From contig JAPEUD010000015.1 in the NCBI GenBank assembly GCA_026026165.1, forward strand, positions 1 to 64,000: a stretch of DNA of 64,000 bases. Reading direction: 5' to 3'. Below are positions 1-11,351 of this stretch, piece after piece. The number at the start of each line of letters is the position of its first letter. Position 1 is the stretch's first letter. Source of the DNA: Sarea resinae (Eukaryota). A program made the position numbers and the translations under genes. The notes beneath the pieces are model-generated. The model was not told the origin of the DNA, searched no databases, and saw only the letters and a list, made by a program, of their open reading frames with translations.

Positions 1-99
1 GATTATCCTAGGTTGGGTTGACTATTGTTCTACTAACACACTATTGGTTAATGGGTTACTAGACTAGCCTTATCTAGTCTGTGAGCCTTATCTGCAGAA

Positions 100-2420
100 C
101 TATTAGATTGGAAAATCCAGTTGGAGCAGCTACCCTACCTGTAACAGTAGAAGATTAGAGTTCTATAGGTGATGACAATTTAGTCACACCTGACATAATA
201 GACACTGATAGTGAATCTGATATAGATAAGCTAAGTAGTGAATATTATGCAAATATAGCTAGCACCTCTAAGCAGCAACAACCCTATACAAACTTTATGC
301 AAAATTTTGTAGTTTGTAACTGTTAGAAGGTAGCACAAAGATATAAGTAGAGGAAGGTGCTAAAGAAGTGTAGTAAGAATGATTGTGTATTGTGAACTTA
401 GAGATTCTAGCTATAGAGGTGTAAGGCAGTCAATATATAGACTTGACTGACTTACTAGAAACTTCTAGTGATGACTAATTACATGAGTGATTTGTAAGCA
501 ATAGGCTGACAATGACATAGGCTTTATAAGAAAGTCAGGAGATAGTTGTGTAACCCTTATGTCATAGAGTTCTATAGATATCTAAGAGATTCTATAGACT
601 TCTAGACAGTTCTAGAACATTCTAGAAAGTTCTAGAAGGTTCTAGATGCTTAGTCAGCATATAGTGATGCTTAGTCAGCATAGCTATAGAATCTTCTAGA
701 ATGTTCTATAAGATTCTATAGAGTTCTATTAGCTTCTATAGGTCTGTAGAAGCTTCTAGATGTATCTATACTGTCATGTGACATTCTGTAACAGTCTAGA
801 TACTTAAGAGTGACTAGAATTAAGGTTATAATTCTAACAGTAACAGTCTGCATACAAGGGGGAATCACACTGTTACAGACACCTATAGAAGTTCTATAGA
901 TACATTTGATCCTAAGAGCTATAGGGAAGCTCTAAAGTCACCCTATAAAGAGGAGTAGCTAAAATCAATGCAGAAGGAGCTTACTAAGCTAAAAGAGCTA
1001 GGAGTTCTAAAGCTAGACCCTAGACCTAAAAATGCCAATATAATTAATAGCAGGTAGGTCTATAAAACAAAGCTAAACTTTAATAATACAATTAACAAAA
1101 GGAAATCTAGGTAGGTTGCTAGAGGCTTCCTACAAAAGCAAGGGGTTGACTATATAAAGACCTTTGCTTACACTAGTAATCCTACAGCTATAAAACTACT
1201 TCTAGTTATAGCTGCTAAACTAGATCTAGAAACATATTAGTAGGATATAGCTTCTGCATTTCTTAATGCTAATCTAGATAATCCTATCTATATAGAGCAG
1301 CTAGAAGGTTTTATAGAAGAAGAGAGCAAAGTCTATCTTCTAAACAAAGCCTTATATAGCCTAAAACAAGCTGCTAGACAGTGGGAAATTCACCTAAAGA
1401 ACTTACTTATAAAAATAGGATTTAAAACAATCTTAGCAGATAGCTCTATCTATATTAGAGAGGATATAATAATTACTATATATATAGACAATATTTTACT
1501 ATTTAGCAAATCAGCTAATAGTATAAATAGTCTCTATAAAGACCTCTCTAAGCGCCTAGAGATCTCTAATCTAAGGGCTATAAAATTCTATCTAGAGATA
1601 GAAATCTTAAGAGATAGGCCTAATAAAAGGATTATTCTAAATCAAAAGGCTTTTATTACTAATTTATATCAATAAAATTCAACAAATTAGGCCTAAAGCC
1701 TATAATAACACCTTCTATAAGTAGTGTAAAGTTAGATAGAAACAGTCTATAAGTAAACTCTAAAGATATTAACTAATATTAAAGAGAAATAAGTAGTCTA
1801 ATTAACCTAACTGTTATTTCTAGACCTAATTTAGCCTATATAGTAAATCTATATACTAGATTTATGCAAAGTCCTAGCTAGCTGTATTTTAAATCCCTAG
1901 ATAGGATCTAGTAATACTTTATCTATATAAAGGACTATAATCTTATTTATTAGTCTAAATCACAATAAAAAGGCCTAAAACTCCTAGGTTATTGCAATTC
2001 AGACTAGGAGAGAGATTATAGCAGAAAATTTATAACAGGCTATGTTTTTCTACTAGATAATAACATAGTTTCCTAGAATTCTAAACTGCAGAAAACAATT
2101 GCCTTAAGCTCTTATAAAGCAGAATATATAGCTCTAAAAGAGGGTATAAAAGAGAATTTATATATATAAATTCTCTAATCAAACAAATCCCCTTGCTAAA
2201 AGACAATATTAGCATAGAGAATTCTAAGGCTATATACACTAATAGCCTTTCTGCTATAGAACTAGCAAAAAACCCATTGTTTTATCAAAAAACAAAGCAT
2301 ATTAATATATAATATCACTTTGTTAGAGACAACTATTAAAGAAATATAATTCACCTGAATTATATACCTACAGCTAGTCAACTAGCAGACAGCTTTACTA
2401 AGCCACTTAGCACTTAAAAG
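100..2420 (+). mobile_element. Ty1/copia retrotransposon pol remnant (linker, reverse transcriptase, RNase H), inactivated by RIP
   Basis: Reading from 908 through in-frame stops gives DPKSYREAL, R*VYKTK, KSR*VARGFLQKQGVDY, DIASAFLNANL, IYIEQLEGF, KALYSLKQAARQW, IYIDNILL (YVDD), GYCNSD*, IALSSYKAEYIAL, KTKHINI*YHFVRD and QLADSFTKPL. These are copia RT/RNaseH motifs. TGG->TAG and CAG->TAG-type stops and strong TpA excess are typical of RIP. Confidence 0.95.
321..839 (-). mobile_element. Solo LTR (same family as 2616-3146), inserted antisense, 5-bp TSD GTAAC
   Basis: TGTTAG...CTAACA termini. It is the reverse complement of 2616-3146 with mainly transition differences. GTAAC lies at both 316-320 and 840-844. 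Confidence 0.93.
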
Positions 2421-2472
2421 TGGCTAGAAGTCCTAAAGGCTATTTAGATACAGCCTACACCTAAAGAACAAA

Positions 2473-2517
2473 CAAGTTCTATAGGTGCAAGTTCTATAGG
2501 TGCAAGTTCTATAGGTG
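2473..2517 (+). repeat. 15-bp tandem repeat (CAAGTTCTATAGGTG)x3 in the retroelement 3' region
   Basis: Directly visible; a partial fourth copy lies near 2556-2570. Confidence 0.9.
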
Positions 2518-2615
2518 CATAAAATTGTGTACCTACAGCAACAGTTACAAAAAGCTAAGTTCTATAGGTGTTCTAAATTGTATACCTATCCTATAGAATT
2601 AAGCTTAAGAGAGTG

Positions 2616-3146
2616 TGTTAGATTTATAACCTTAATTCTAGTCACTCTTTAGTATCTAGACTGTTACAGAATGTTATATAACAGTATAGATATATCTAGA
2701 AGCTTCTACAGACCTATAGAAGCTAATAGAATATAGTAGAACCTTATAGAAGCTTATAGAACATTCTAGAAGACTCTATAGCAATGCTGACTAAGCATCA
2801 CTATATGCTGACTAAGCAGCTAGAACCTTCTAGAACTCTTTAGAACCTTTTAGATCTATCTAGTAGTCTATAGAATCTCTTAGATATCTATAGAACTTCT
2901 ATAACATAAGAGTTACACAACTATCCTCTGACTTTCTTACAAAGCATATATTATTATCAGCTTATTGCTTACAAATCACTTATATAATTAGTTATCACTA
3001 GAAGTTTCTAGTAAGTTAGTTAAGTCTATATATTAACTGCCTTACACCTCTATAGCTAGAATCTCTAAGTTTATAATATATAATTATTCTATACTATACT
3101 TCTTTAGCACCTTCCTTTACTTATATCTTTGTGCTACCTTCTAACA
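2616..3146 (+). mobile_element. 3' LTR of the copia element
   Basis: TGTTAG...CTAACA termini, downstream of RNase H and preceded by a degraded purine tract (AAGAGAGTG); contains internal TTCTAGA/CTATAG arrays. Confidence 0.92.
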
Positions 3147-3284
3147 TATTATAAAGTATTACTATATAACATGTAGCATTATAAAGCTATATAGTAAATA
3201 GGAACATTAGGAAATCACTATAGAATCTTATGTTATAACACTATAGGTGTATAAAACATTTTACATTTTTGCTAATACCTACCT

Positions 3285-3475
3285 TATAGAACTTCTATAA
3301 CATAAGGGTTATATAACTAGTATCTCTTAACTTTCTTATAAAGCATACATTATTATTAGTTTATTAATTACAAATCACTTTTGTAATTATTTATTACTAT
3401 AAGTTTCTAGTAAGTTACTTGTTATATCTATATAATAACTTCCTTACACCTCTATAGCTAGATCTCTAAGTTTAT
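3285..3475 (+). mobile_element. Partial, more degraded third LTR copy
   Basis: Aligns by eye to about 2889-3074 (TATAGAACTTCTATAACATAAG ... CCTTACACCTCTATAGCTAGA.TCTCTAAGTTTA). Confidence 0.8.
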
Positions 3476-3541
3476 TAATCTGATAACTATTTCTGTTTGT
3501 ATTAAACCTGTCCTACCCCTGTAAAAACCATTATGTAAAGC

Positions 3542-4246
3542 CTAAGCAGACTGCGTGATAACATAGGCGCTGTAACTATAGGGGTCTGTGCGGTTATCGC
3601 AGGTGCATCTGCATCCTCGTTCTATAAGGGGTGGTGAAAAGAACCAAGCAGTGTCAACCCCCTTTAGGCCTCTAGGATACTATCGGAGACAAAGTTAATG
3701 ATTGATGCTAATTCAGTCGAAGATTGACATACATCTTTCGGCGTTAGATTAATGTTGGCTGAGCCAGTGGTGAGTCTCACATGTGCCCTCAAAGCCGGCA
3801 CCTGGGTATTCGCACAAGCCAAACATCCGAACGAAGTCCAGTTCATGAAGCAAGCGCTTGAACGCGGCTACAAATGCTAGCTCTTTCCTTCCTATCTCAA
3901 ATTTGTGCCCTTTCGAAGATCTGAACTCATGTGGCATCAATTCCCCACTGGAGGAAAAGCTCCAGATCGCTGGTTGTGGCTCATCCATCCCCTCCAATGG
4001 AGTAGCGTTCCAGGGAGTGGTAGTACCGTTGTAATTAACTAGTCTCTTTCCAGGAAGGAGATCGAAGTGGCGATGCGGCAAAGCCAAGCCGAATGTACGA
4101 TCCATTCCGTTCTTGATGAAGAAATCTTGGAAAACATCCTTTATGAGCTTGTCACCGTCGAGTTTGACAAAATTGTCTCGCGCAGAATTGAGATTTGGCA
4201 GGCTTTGAAAATCGTTGTGCGAATAATCGGCGAGAACGGCGGCTAT
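3542..4246 (-). pseudogene. Fungal hypothetical protein gene (HRHFDL motif, Cys-rich C-terminus), probably pseudogenised
   Basis: ORF 3749-4261 has no ATG at its 5' end, but ACC-ATA-GCC at 4244-4246 is an ATG-like start context. A +1 frameshift after GTCE (~3776) leads into TTGSANINLTPKD, then a GTATGT...TAG intron, then YPRGLKGVDTAWFFSPPLIERGCRCTCDNRTDPYSYSAYVITQSA*. Confidence 0.7.
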
Positions 4247-5345
4247 GGTAACGCGAGACAACGAGAACTGGAATTGAGCAGAGATAATGGCTGATTGAAG
4301 ATGAATTGTAGACTGTGACTAGAGATTGTATCATCGTGGATATTGGGATCAAGGTGCTTGGGTAAGGCAGGTAGGGATCCGTAAAAACCAAAGCCGGAGA
4401 AGTGGTTAGTTCTTACACTGAAGATGGGGAAGGGTCAAGGACGCTCTGAGACACGCAAATCAATTTGGCAGGAGAAGGGCTCCATGTCACTGATTATGAA
4501 CTCCTGCGGTTCAGCACTCTCTCTGCGAGTATGAGTGAAATCGACCTGTCGTTACTCTGGGCCGCACTTGCCAGCTGATAACTGCGGTGTACAGAGTATA
4601 GCTTGAATTCCTCTAGCTAAGTCGTTCGACTGGTAAATATACAGTGCGCTAGGTTATACGGGTCTGTACCTTAGGTACAGTACGCTGAAGCGTTCGGTTC
4701 TACAAGCAAAGTAAGACTAAACTTGATTGATTATTGCTACCTACCTACTAGGTAGTAGGTAGAGTGAATGCATGTATAAGAGGTGATAATAGTAGCGAGT
4801 GCTGTGGAAATTCAATGCGTCAGAATCAAAAGGGGAAGTATAAGGTAATGTATGTAAACGAATTGATTGTAGCGACCGTCGGTAAAGAACACGAACTTCA
4901 TCAAGTCTTCTTCAAGACTCTCGTCTGCTCCAGTAACAGCGCCCGTGTTTCGTGCTCTTGGAACACGTAGCAGAGGAAGGATGGATAGGGAAGCCATTGT
5001 ATGCGGTCCAAGCCTCCTACAATAAAACGCGTCCGAAATGAGTATGAAGAAGAAAAAGAGAAGATCAAGTGCGACGGAGGAGAGAATTTAAGCCGAACGG
5101 TCCTCGCTCGCTTGTGGCAGGCCTAGGCCGATGCGCCAATGAGCGCCCACAGAAAGTTGTTACTAAGAAATGACCGAGTGACTTCCACTTTGCCGCACCG
5201 GGGGGCGAATCACTCGAAGTAGCAGCCGGAACGGCGTGAAGCATCAACACGACATCCCGATTATCCCATTGCAACGCTCCTGCAAGGCCTTGCCACTCCA
5301 CTCTAGAGACGTAGTCCAGCTTCTCTTCCCATCGGACATCACAAA

Positions 5346-8055
5346 ATGTTCAGGCAGCGGGTAGCTCGGGCGGTCACTCGCTCTCGACCTTGGGCCAAAG
5401 CCAACGCTGTACGGACCTTTGCGGCAACTACGTCAAAATCCGCAGAAGTGGAGCTCACTATAGGTTCGTTGCCGCAGCAAGATCACAGCCAAGTCTACTA
5501 TTCTCAACTAATTCCTGTTTTTAGATGGCAAAAAGGTGTCGATAGAAGGTGCGATTGACTGTTGATCAATGGATGTTATAGAATGAAACTCTTACAACTT
5601 TTGCAGCGGGCTCTGCTCTCATCCAAGCGTGCGAGAAGGCTGGGGTTACCATACCGAGGTCAGTGCCCACTTTCAATTCCGACTTTCAAATGATTGCTGA
5701 CATGAGTCTAAAGATACTGTTACCATGAGTAAGTTTGCCATTGGGTCTTATGGCCAATAAAACGGATGAGGGCTAAGATTTGCCAATAGGAAGCTCATGA
5801 TAGCGGGAAATTGTACGTCAACTAGAATCTAACTTCTCTATCTCCTGGGACTGACAAGACAGGTCGTATGTGTCTGGTCGAAGTCGAGCGAGCGCCGAAG
5901 CCTGTCGCGTCGTGTGCTTGGCCTGTTCAGCCAGGAATGGTGGTGAAGACGAACTCGCCACTGACCCATAAAGCCCGGGAGGGGGTCATGGAATTTCTGC
6001 TTGCCGTAAGACCGCTTTGAGGATACATTCATGCCAGATGCTTACCGTTATCTTCAGAATCATCCCCTCGATTGCCGTGAGTGGGCATCCTGTCCTTAAC
6101 GACTCGGATAAGCTGATGTTCCGTAGCTATATGCGATCAAGGAGGCGAATGCGATTTACAGGACCAGTCCATGCGATATGGCGCTGATAGGGGACGCTTT
6201 CATGAGATAGCAGGCAAGCGCGCAGTGGAGGACAAGAATATCGGACCCTTGATCAAGGTATTCATGTTCTGCAAGTCTTCTTGCGACGCTAATTACTGAC
6301 TGCGAAGACCTCTATGAATCGATGCATTCACTGTACACGATGCATTCGTTTTGCGAACGATGTTGCAGGTGCTCCCGAGCTTGGATCGACAGGACGCGGA
6401 AACGACTTGCAGATTGGCACGTACTTGGAAAAGAATCTCGACTCTGAGATGTCCGGCAACGTCATTGATCTCTGCCCTGTTGGAGCTCTCACCTCAAAGC
6501 CTTATGCGTTCCGAGCCCGACCGTGGGAATTGCAACATTACGAATCGGTCGACGTTCTCGATGGACTCGGCTCAAACATCAGAGTGGATGCCCGGGGGTT
6601 GGAGGTGATGAGAATCTTGCCAAGACTCAATGACGATGTCAATGAAGAATGGATTAACGACAAGACGAGATTTGCCTGTGATGGACTAAGAACTCAGAGA
6701 TTGACCACCCCTCTTATTCGACAAGACGACAAGTTCCTCCCCGCCACGTGGGAGCAGGCCTTAAACCAAATTGGTTCTGCGTATCAGAAGATCGCCCCTA
6801 AGGGAAACGAATTCAAGGCCATTGCCGGCCAACTGACGGAGACGGAATCAATGGTAGCCATGAAGGATCTGGCCAACAAATTAGGGTCTGACAATCTTGC
6901 CCTCGATCAGCCGGAGGGTGGCAAGCCTATTGCGCACGGTGTGGATATTCGGTCGAATTATCTATTCAATTCGAGGATCGCGGGCGTCGAAGAAGCAGAT
7001 GCCATTCTACTCGTGGGTACAAATCCACGACATGAAGCAGCCGGTCTCAATGCAAGGATTCGAAAGCAATGGCTGCGGTCAGATCTTGAAATTGGCCTTG
7101 TTGGCGAGGAATTTGAGAGCACCTTCGAATATGAACACTTTGGCAATGACGCTGCTGCTCTGAAGAAGACGCTTTCTAGTTCCTTCGGGAAGAAGCTGCA
7201 GTCTGCCAAGCGTCCAATGATCATCGTTGGTAGTGGCATTACCGAGAATCCGGATGCGAAAGCCATCTTCGAGCTTGTTGGCAACTTTGTTGATAAGAAC
7301 GCATCCAACTTCAACACAGCGGAATGGAACGGGTACAATGTCTTGCAGCGCTCTGCGTCCCGCGCTGGTGCTTACGAGGTCGGCTTCACAACACCTTCCA
7401 CCGCCGTTGCTGAGGTACAGCCCAAGTTCCTCTGGCTGCTTGGCGCCGATGAGGTCGCCGAAGCCGACATTCCTAAAGATGCCTTTGTAGTCTACCAGGG
7501 CCATCACGGCGATAAGGGTGCACAACTCGCGGATGTCGTCTTACCCGGTGCCGCTTACACAGAGAAAGCAGCGACATACGTAAATACTGAGGGAAGAGTG
7601 CAAATGACTCGCGCGGCAACTTCACTGCCAGGCGCGTCTAGGGAGGATTGGAAAATCTTGCGCGCAGTCAGCGAATACTTAGGTGCGCCATTGCCATACG
7701 ATGATATAGAGGCGCTCAGAGATCGCATGGAAGAAATATCCCCAGCTCTGAGGAGCTATGATGTCGTGGAACCTGTTGCCTTAAGTCCTTTGAGCAAGAT
7801 GCAACTTGTGGATCAAAATAAGGGATCAAAATCGACAGGAGCACCATTCAAGAAAGTTATCGAGAATTTCTATTTTACAGATGTTATCTCAAGAAGGTTT
7901 GTGCTCCTTTCTAAAGTCCCAAAGCTTATGACTAACGATTCGCACTTATTAGTTCACCCACAATGGCTCGTTGCTCTGCTGCCAAGGCCACAGGAAACCC
8001 CTTGACCAATTTCATGGCACCAGGAGAGCCAGAACCTCAAGTGTCCTATGGTTGA
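5346..8055 (+). CDS. nuo78: NADH:ubiquinone oxidoreductase 75/78-kDa Fe-S subunit (NDUFS1 homolog), mitochondrial; 10 exons
   Basis: Spliced motifs [55 protein letters not shown] and [14 protein letters not shown]-terminal presequence; last exon ends QVSYG*. Confidence 0.97.
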
Positions 8056-8434
8056 GATCTATCCACACATCCACATCGTTCAGACAAATAGCATGGATCT
8101 TTCGTTTGCGTGGCGTACTTGTACATATATGTCAATTATCAATTGCAATTTCTACTGCAGCTATTTTGCAGCAAGATATTATCGAAAAAGGTTACAAATG
8201 ATACAGTTCCGTAAAGCCCAGATAGCCATCGCTGAACAAGATTGGTCGTAGAGCAATACAGGTGCTCGAATAGAGTAATTGACTGGTAAGAAAGGCTTTA
8301 GAAAAGTAAGGTAGTATAAAGTAAAAACACCAGACCGCCAAGAAGTAGCGCCGCAGACTGTACCTATTTACAAGATGTACCCATGATAAGCCAAGCTTCA
8401 ACGGTCTTATAAGGGCATGCCGTGGAAGCTCATA

Positions 8435-8979
8435 TTAGAAAGCTACCGGTTTGGCAGGAGCAACCGCAGGCTTCTTCTTCTTTCCTCCAAATTTCTTTGA
8501 TTCTGTAGGAACGGATCAAGTCAGTATTGCCGAGCATTATGAGATACAAAAATTCCCAGATTTACCTTCTGCAGTCCTCTTCTTCTTTGGCGCACCCTTT
8601 CCTCTTGACTTTGCACTATATTGCAAGCATTATTAGTAACCACACTGTGAAGACGCTGGGAGTGCAAGCTCACATTTGAATGTGCTCCAGTCTATCTTCT
8701 TCATCATCATCCCAAGTCTCCAGGCCGCGATATGTTTTCTTGATATCCTTTATAGTGACAAGACGGCGTGGATAGTACGCAGCAAGAGTAGGGCCGCGCA
8801 ATCTCTGACGCAAAACCTTGTTCCCGGTTCGGAGCCCTTCGGGATTGAACGTCGTGGAGAAGATTCGACACTGGGCCTAGATGTCGTCAGATCTGCATCG
8901 AACGGCAAGGAATAAATGGAATCAGCCACTCGATACATACCCTCATCAGATCGAGGATTCGAGATCGTGGGATAGCCAT
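8435..8979 (-). CDS. RSM27: Mitochondrial ribosomal small-subunit protein mS33/Rsm27; 4 exons
   Basis: Spliced: MAIPRSRILDLMR-AQCRIFSTTFNPEGLRTGNKVLRQRLRGPTLAAYYPRR...RGKGAPKKKRTAE...KPVAF*. Not present as a single ORF in the track. Confidence 0.88.
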
Positions 8980-9266
8980 GTCAGCGATCGTTGCCTTGTG
9001 GCTCAATGGGCGGGATTGAGGATAGAAGTGATTGATAATTTGATCTGCTTTACCTTAGGCATTAGTTGAAGCTGTAGTGTACCGTACGCAAGTCAGTCGC
9101 GGAGACAGCCGCTGCACCTTGCGACTACTCCACTACTTCCATTATCTTATCGAACATCTACCGCAGTACTTGCGTTTAAGCTAATACGTCAAAGAGCAAT
9201 CTTCCCGAGAGAGTGAGAATAAATAGATCGCGAAAGGCCGACTGAGTTGGTCGAAGCAGGAAAAGC

Positions 9267-10503
9267 ATGTCAGGCAAGAGAACTGGGGAGCAAGACAATG
9301 GCAGCTCGTTCCGTGAGCAGATAACGAAGAAGCAGAAGACCTCATATGTATGTATTAACAGACGCACCGGATGCATGAGCGCAGCTAATCCTATGCCAGG
9401 GAAAGACACACAAATCAAAACCCTGCTCTAAAATTCCGAATTCGGAGTCTTGCCCGAGCAGAAGTCCTCAAGCTGCTTTGAATCATTTCGATACTCTGGC
9501 CGAGACCGCAGAAGATATCCCTTCCAGTCGAGAATCTGTCGCAAATTATGTGGCCCTATCCAGAGGGGATCTATCTCAAACGCCCAAAGGATTAAATCGC
9601 AGCTTGAAGGAGGGGAGTGAAAATATTTCATCGAAAGCTTTGAAGGACGAGTCACCAACTTCTGAAAGCCCAGGAAGGACGTACCAAGATAGCTCCCGGC
9701 TTTCGAAAGCGCCTATCCCACCGCTCCCACCAATTAAAGATGCTCGCCTCGCGGTTACACCATTCATTCATCAAGGCTCTCTTGATGCCCAACAGAGCTC
9801 TTCTGGCAATGCTAGTTATGAGCGTTTGGAATTTCTAGGGGATGCTTATATCGAGATTGTTTCCTCTCGGTATCTCTACGATCGCTTCCCTACCGTTCAT
9901 GTTGGAGAGTTATGTTCTATGCGCGAGCTCCTCGTTAAGAATGAGACGTTGGCAGAGTATGCCCTACTCTATGGATTCGACGAGAGAGCACCAACCTCGA
10001 AAGCACTCCGCGACCGCATGACAGGAAAAGCGCGGACTAAGATTTTAGCCGACATGTTCGAAGCCTACGTCGCTGCCGTTGTCCTCGCGTCACCTCAAGA
10101 CGGACTCAACACAATCGAGCGGTGGCTAATTGCTCTGTGGGCACCAAAATTTGCCAGTGGATTGACTCCGCTAGATTCAATTATCCCAGATGCTAAGCAG
10201 GATCTTTCAAAGAAGGTTGGGGGTAAAGAGGTGAAGGTAGAATACGTAGAAGAACGAGAACCAGAAATGATCAAGAGAGAGGGGAAAAGCTTCTACTACA
10301 TCGGAGTTTATTTGACCGGTTGGGGTTATGTGAGACAGCACCTAGGCTCGGGAAAAGCAATCTCCAAAAAAAAAGCTGGTTTACAGGCTGCCACTAATGC
10401 TTTGGCAAACAAGCCACTCATTGATTGTATTGCGGCTATCAAGCATGATTTCGATGCGAAAGTCAAGCGCGAGAGAGAAAAGGACGCAATTTCGGGCAGC
10501 TAA
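9267..10503 (+). CDS. Ribonuclease III (Rnt1/Pac1-like) with C-terminal dsRNA-binding domain; 1 intron
   Basis: RNase III signature YERLEFLGDAYIE and ADMFEAYVAA; dsRBD-like LGSGKAISKKKAGLQAATNAL. Exon 1 from ATG 9267 splices in frame to ORF 9478-10503. Confidence 0.9.
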
Positions 10504-10559
10504 GCAATATCTCAAGAAGCAGAGCTCCGAGTTTACTTGAAATCATGTTACCCAAAGCA

Positions 10560-11030
10560 ATACATAAGCGGCCCCTTTATCACACCTGCTCAGGTTGAAT
10601 GCAGCATCTTCTTCGATACAATCTTCAACCAGAAATGAAGCTGTTCAAGTCCGGGCTGCCTTCGATTGGGCGTGCAAATCTGCCTCCTTCGCTCCCTTGC
10701 TTGCTGCCTCTTCTACTGCGGTCGCTCTTTTTGGCTCCGCATTCGGCTTGGAGTTAGGCCCTAGTAATTTCTGATACTATTTCTTAGAAGATGTTAATCC
10801 TCTACCTATGAGAACAAGACCTTAGGTCACTCCCTACGTCCTGCTTATTCTGGTACTACTTAGACGAATAGATGTTCTCTTCCATTAAGTTAGCCGCTAA
10901 AATAGATAGAAGTTATTGGACAGTGTAGTACTATAATATTATTCTTCTATAACCTAAGGAATAGGTAATTTAAGTATCATCTATAAAAGTCTAAGATAGA
11001 AAGGCTAAAGCTCGGATGTGAGGAGCGCTG
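10560..11030 (-). pseudogene. Degenerate coding relic grading into a RIP-like AT-rich tract
   Basis: Charged coding-like stretch (SKPNAEPKRATAVEEAASKGAKEADLHAQSKAART*) interrupted by stops; TpA-rich at 10760-11030. Family not recognised. Confidence 0.3.
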
Positions 11031-11032
11031 CG

Positions 11033-11137
11033 CTATAGTAGGCAAATAGGCAGAACCCGGACGAGCCGGGTTATAGTAGTCCTTTTGGATGGCGCATGTA
11101 GGAACAGGTTTGCCTATTTACTGTACCTCACATTTAA
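11033..11137. repeat. Dispersed ~100-bp structured repeat, copy 1
   Basis: Shares AACCCGGACGAGCC and a 22-bp identical GTAGGAACAGGTTTGCCTATTT with 21635-21736. Confidence 0.85.
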
Positions 11138-11351
11138 GTCATACTTTATGTACCAGATATGCCTGAAGGAATTGCTTGTGTGTTTTGTACAGAAGCTTGC
11201 GGGTATTCTTTATAAGTACTGCACTGTTGTAGCAGAGCTTACAGTACTGAATAGAGCTTACATATATCTATCTATACTCTGATAGAGCCTCTATCTTCTC
11301 AAACCGCATTATTCTGTTCACAAAGAAAGGTAACATAACTCACTAGCTACT

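Noticed and set aside
570..760. TTCTAGA/CTATAG periodic repeats as a CRISPR-like array
   Set aside because: Short LTR-internal repeats exaggerated by RIP; no repeat-spacer structure, and the context is eukaryotic.
321..3146. ~520-bp inverted repeats that look like TIRs of a DNA transposon enclosing an RT
   Set aside because: Both are TG...CA LTRs. The left one has its own 5-bp TSD and interrupts a continuous pol frame, so it is a nested solo LTR.
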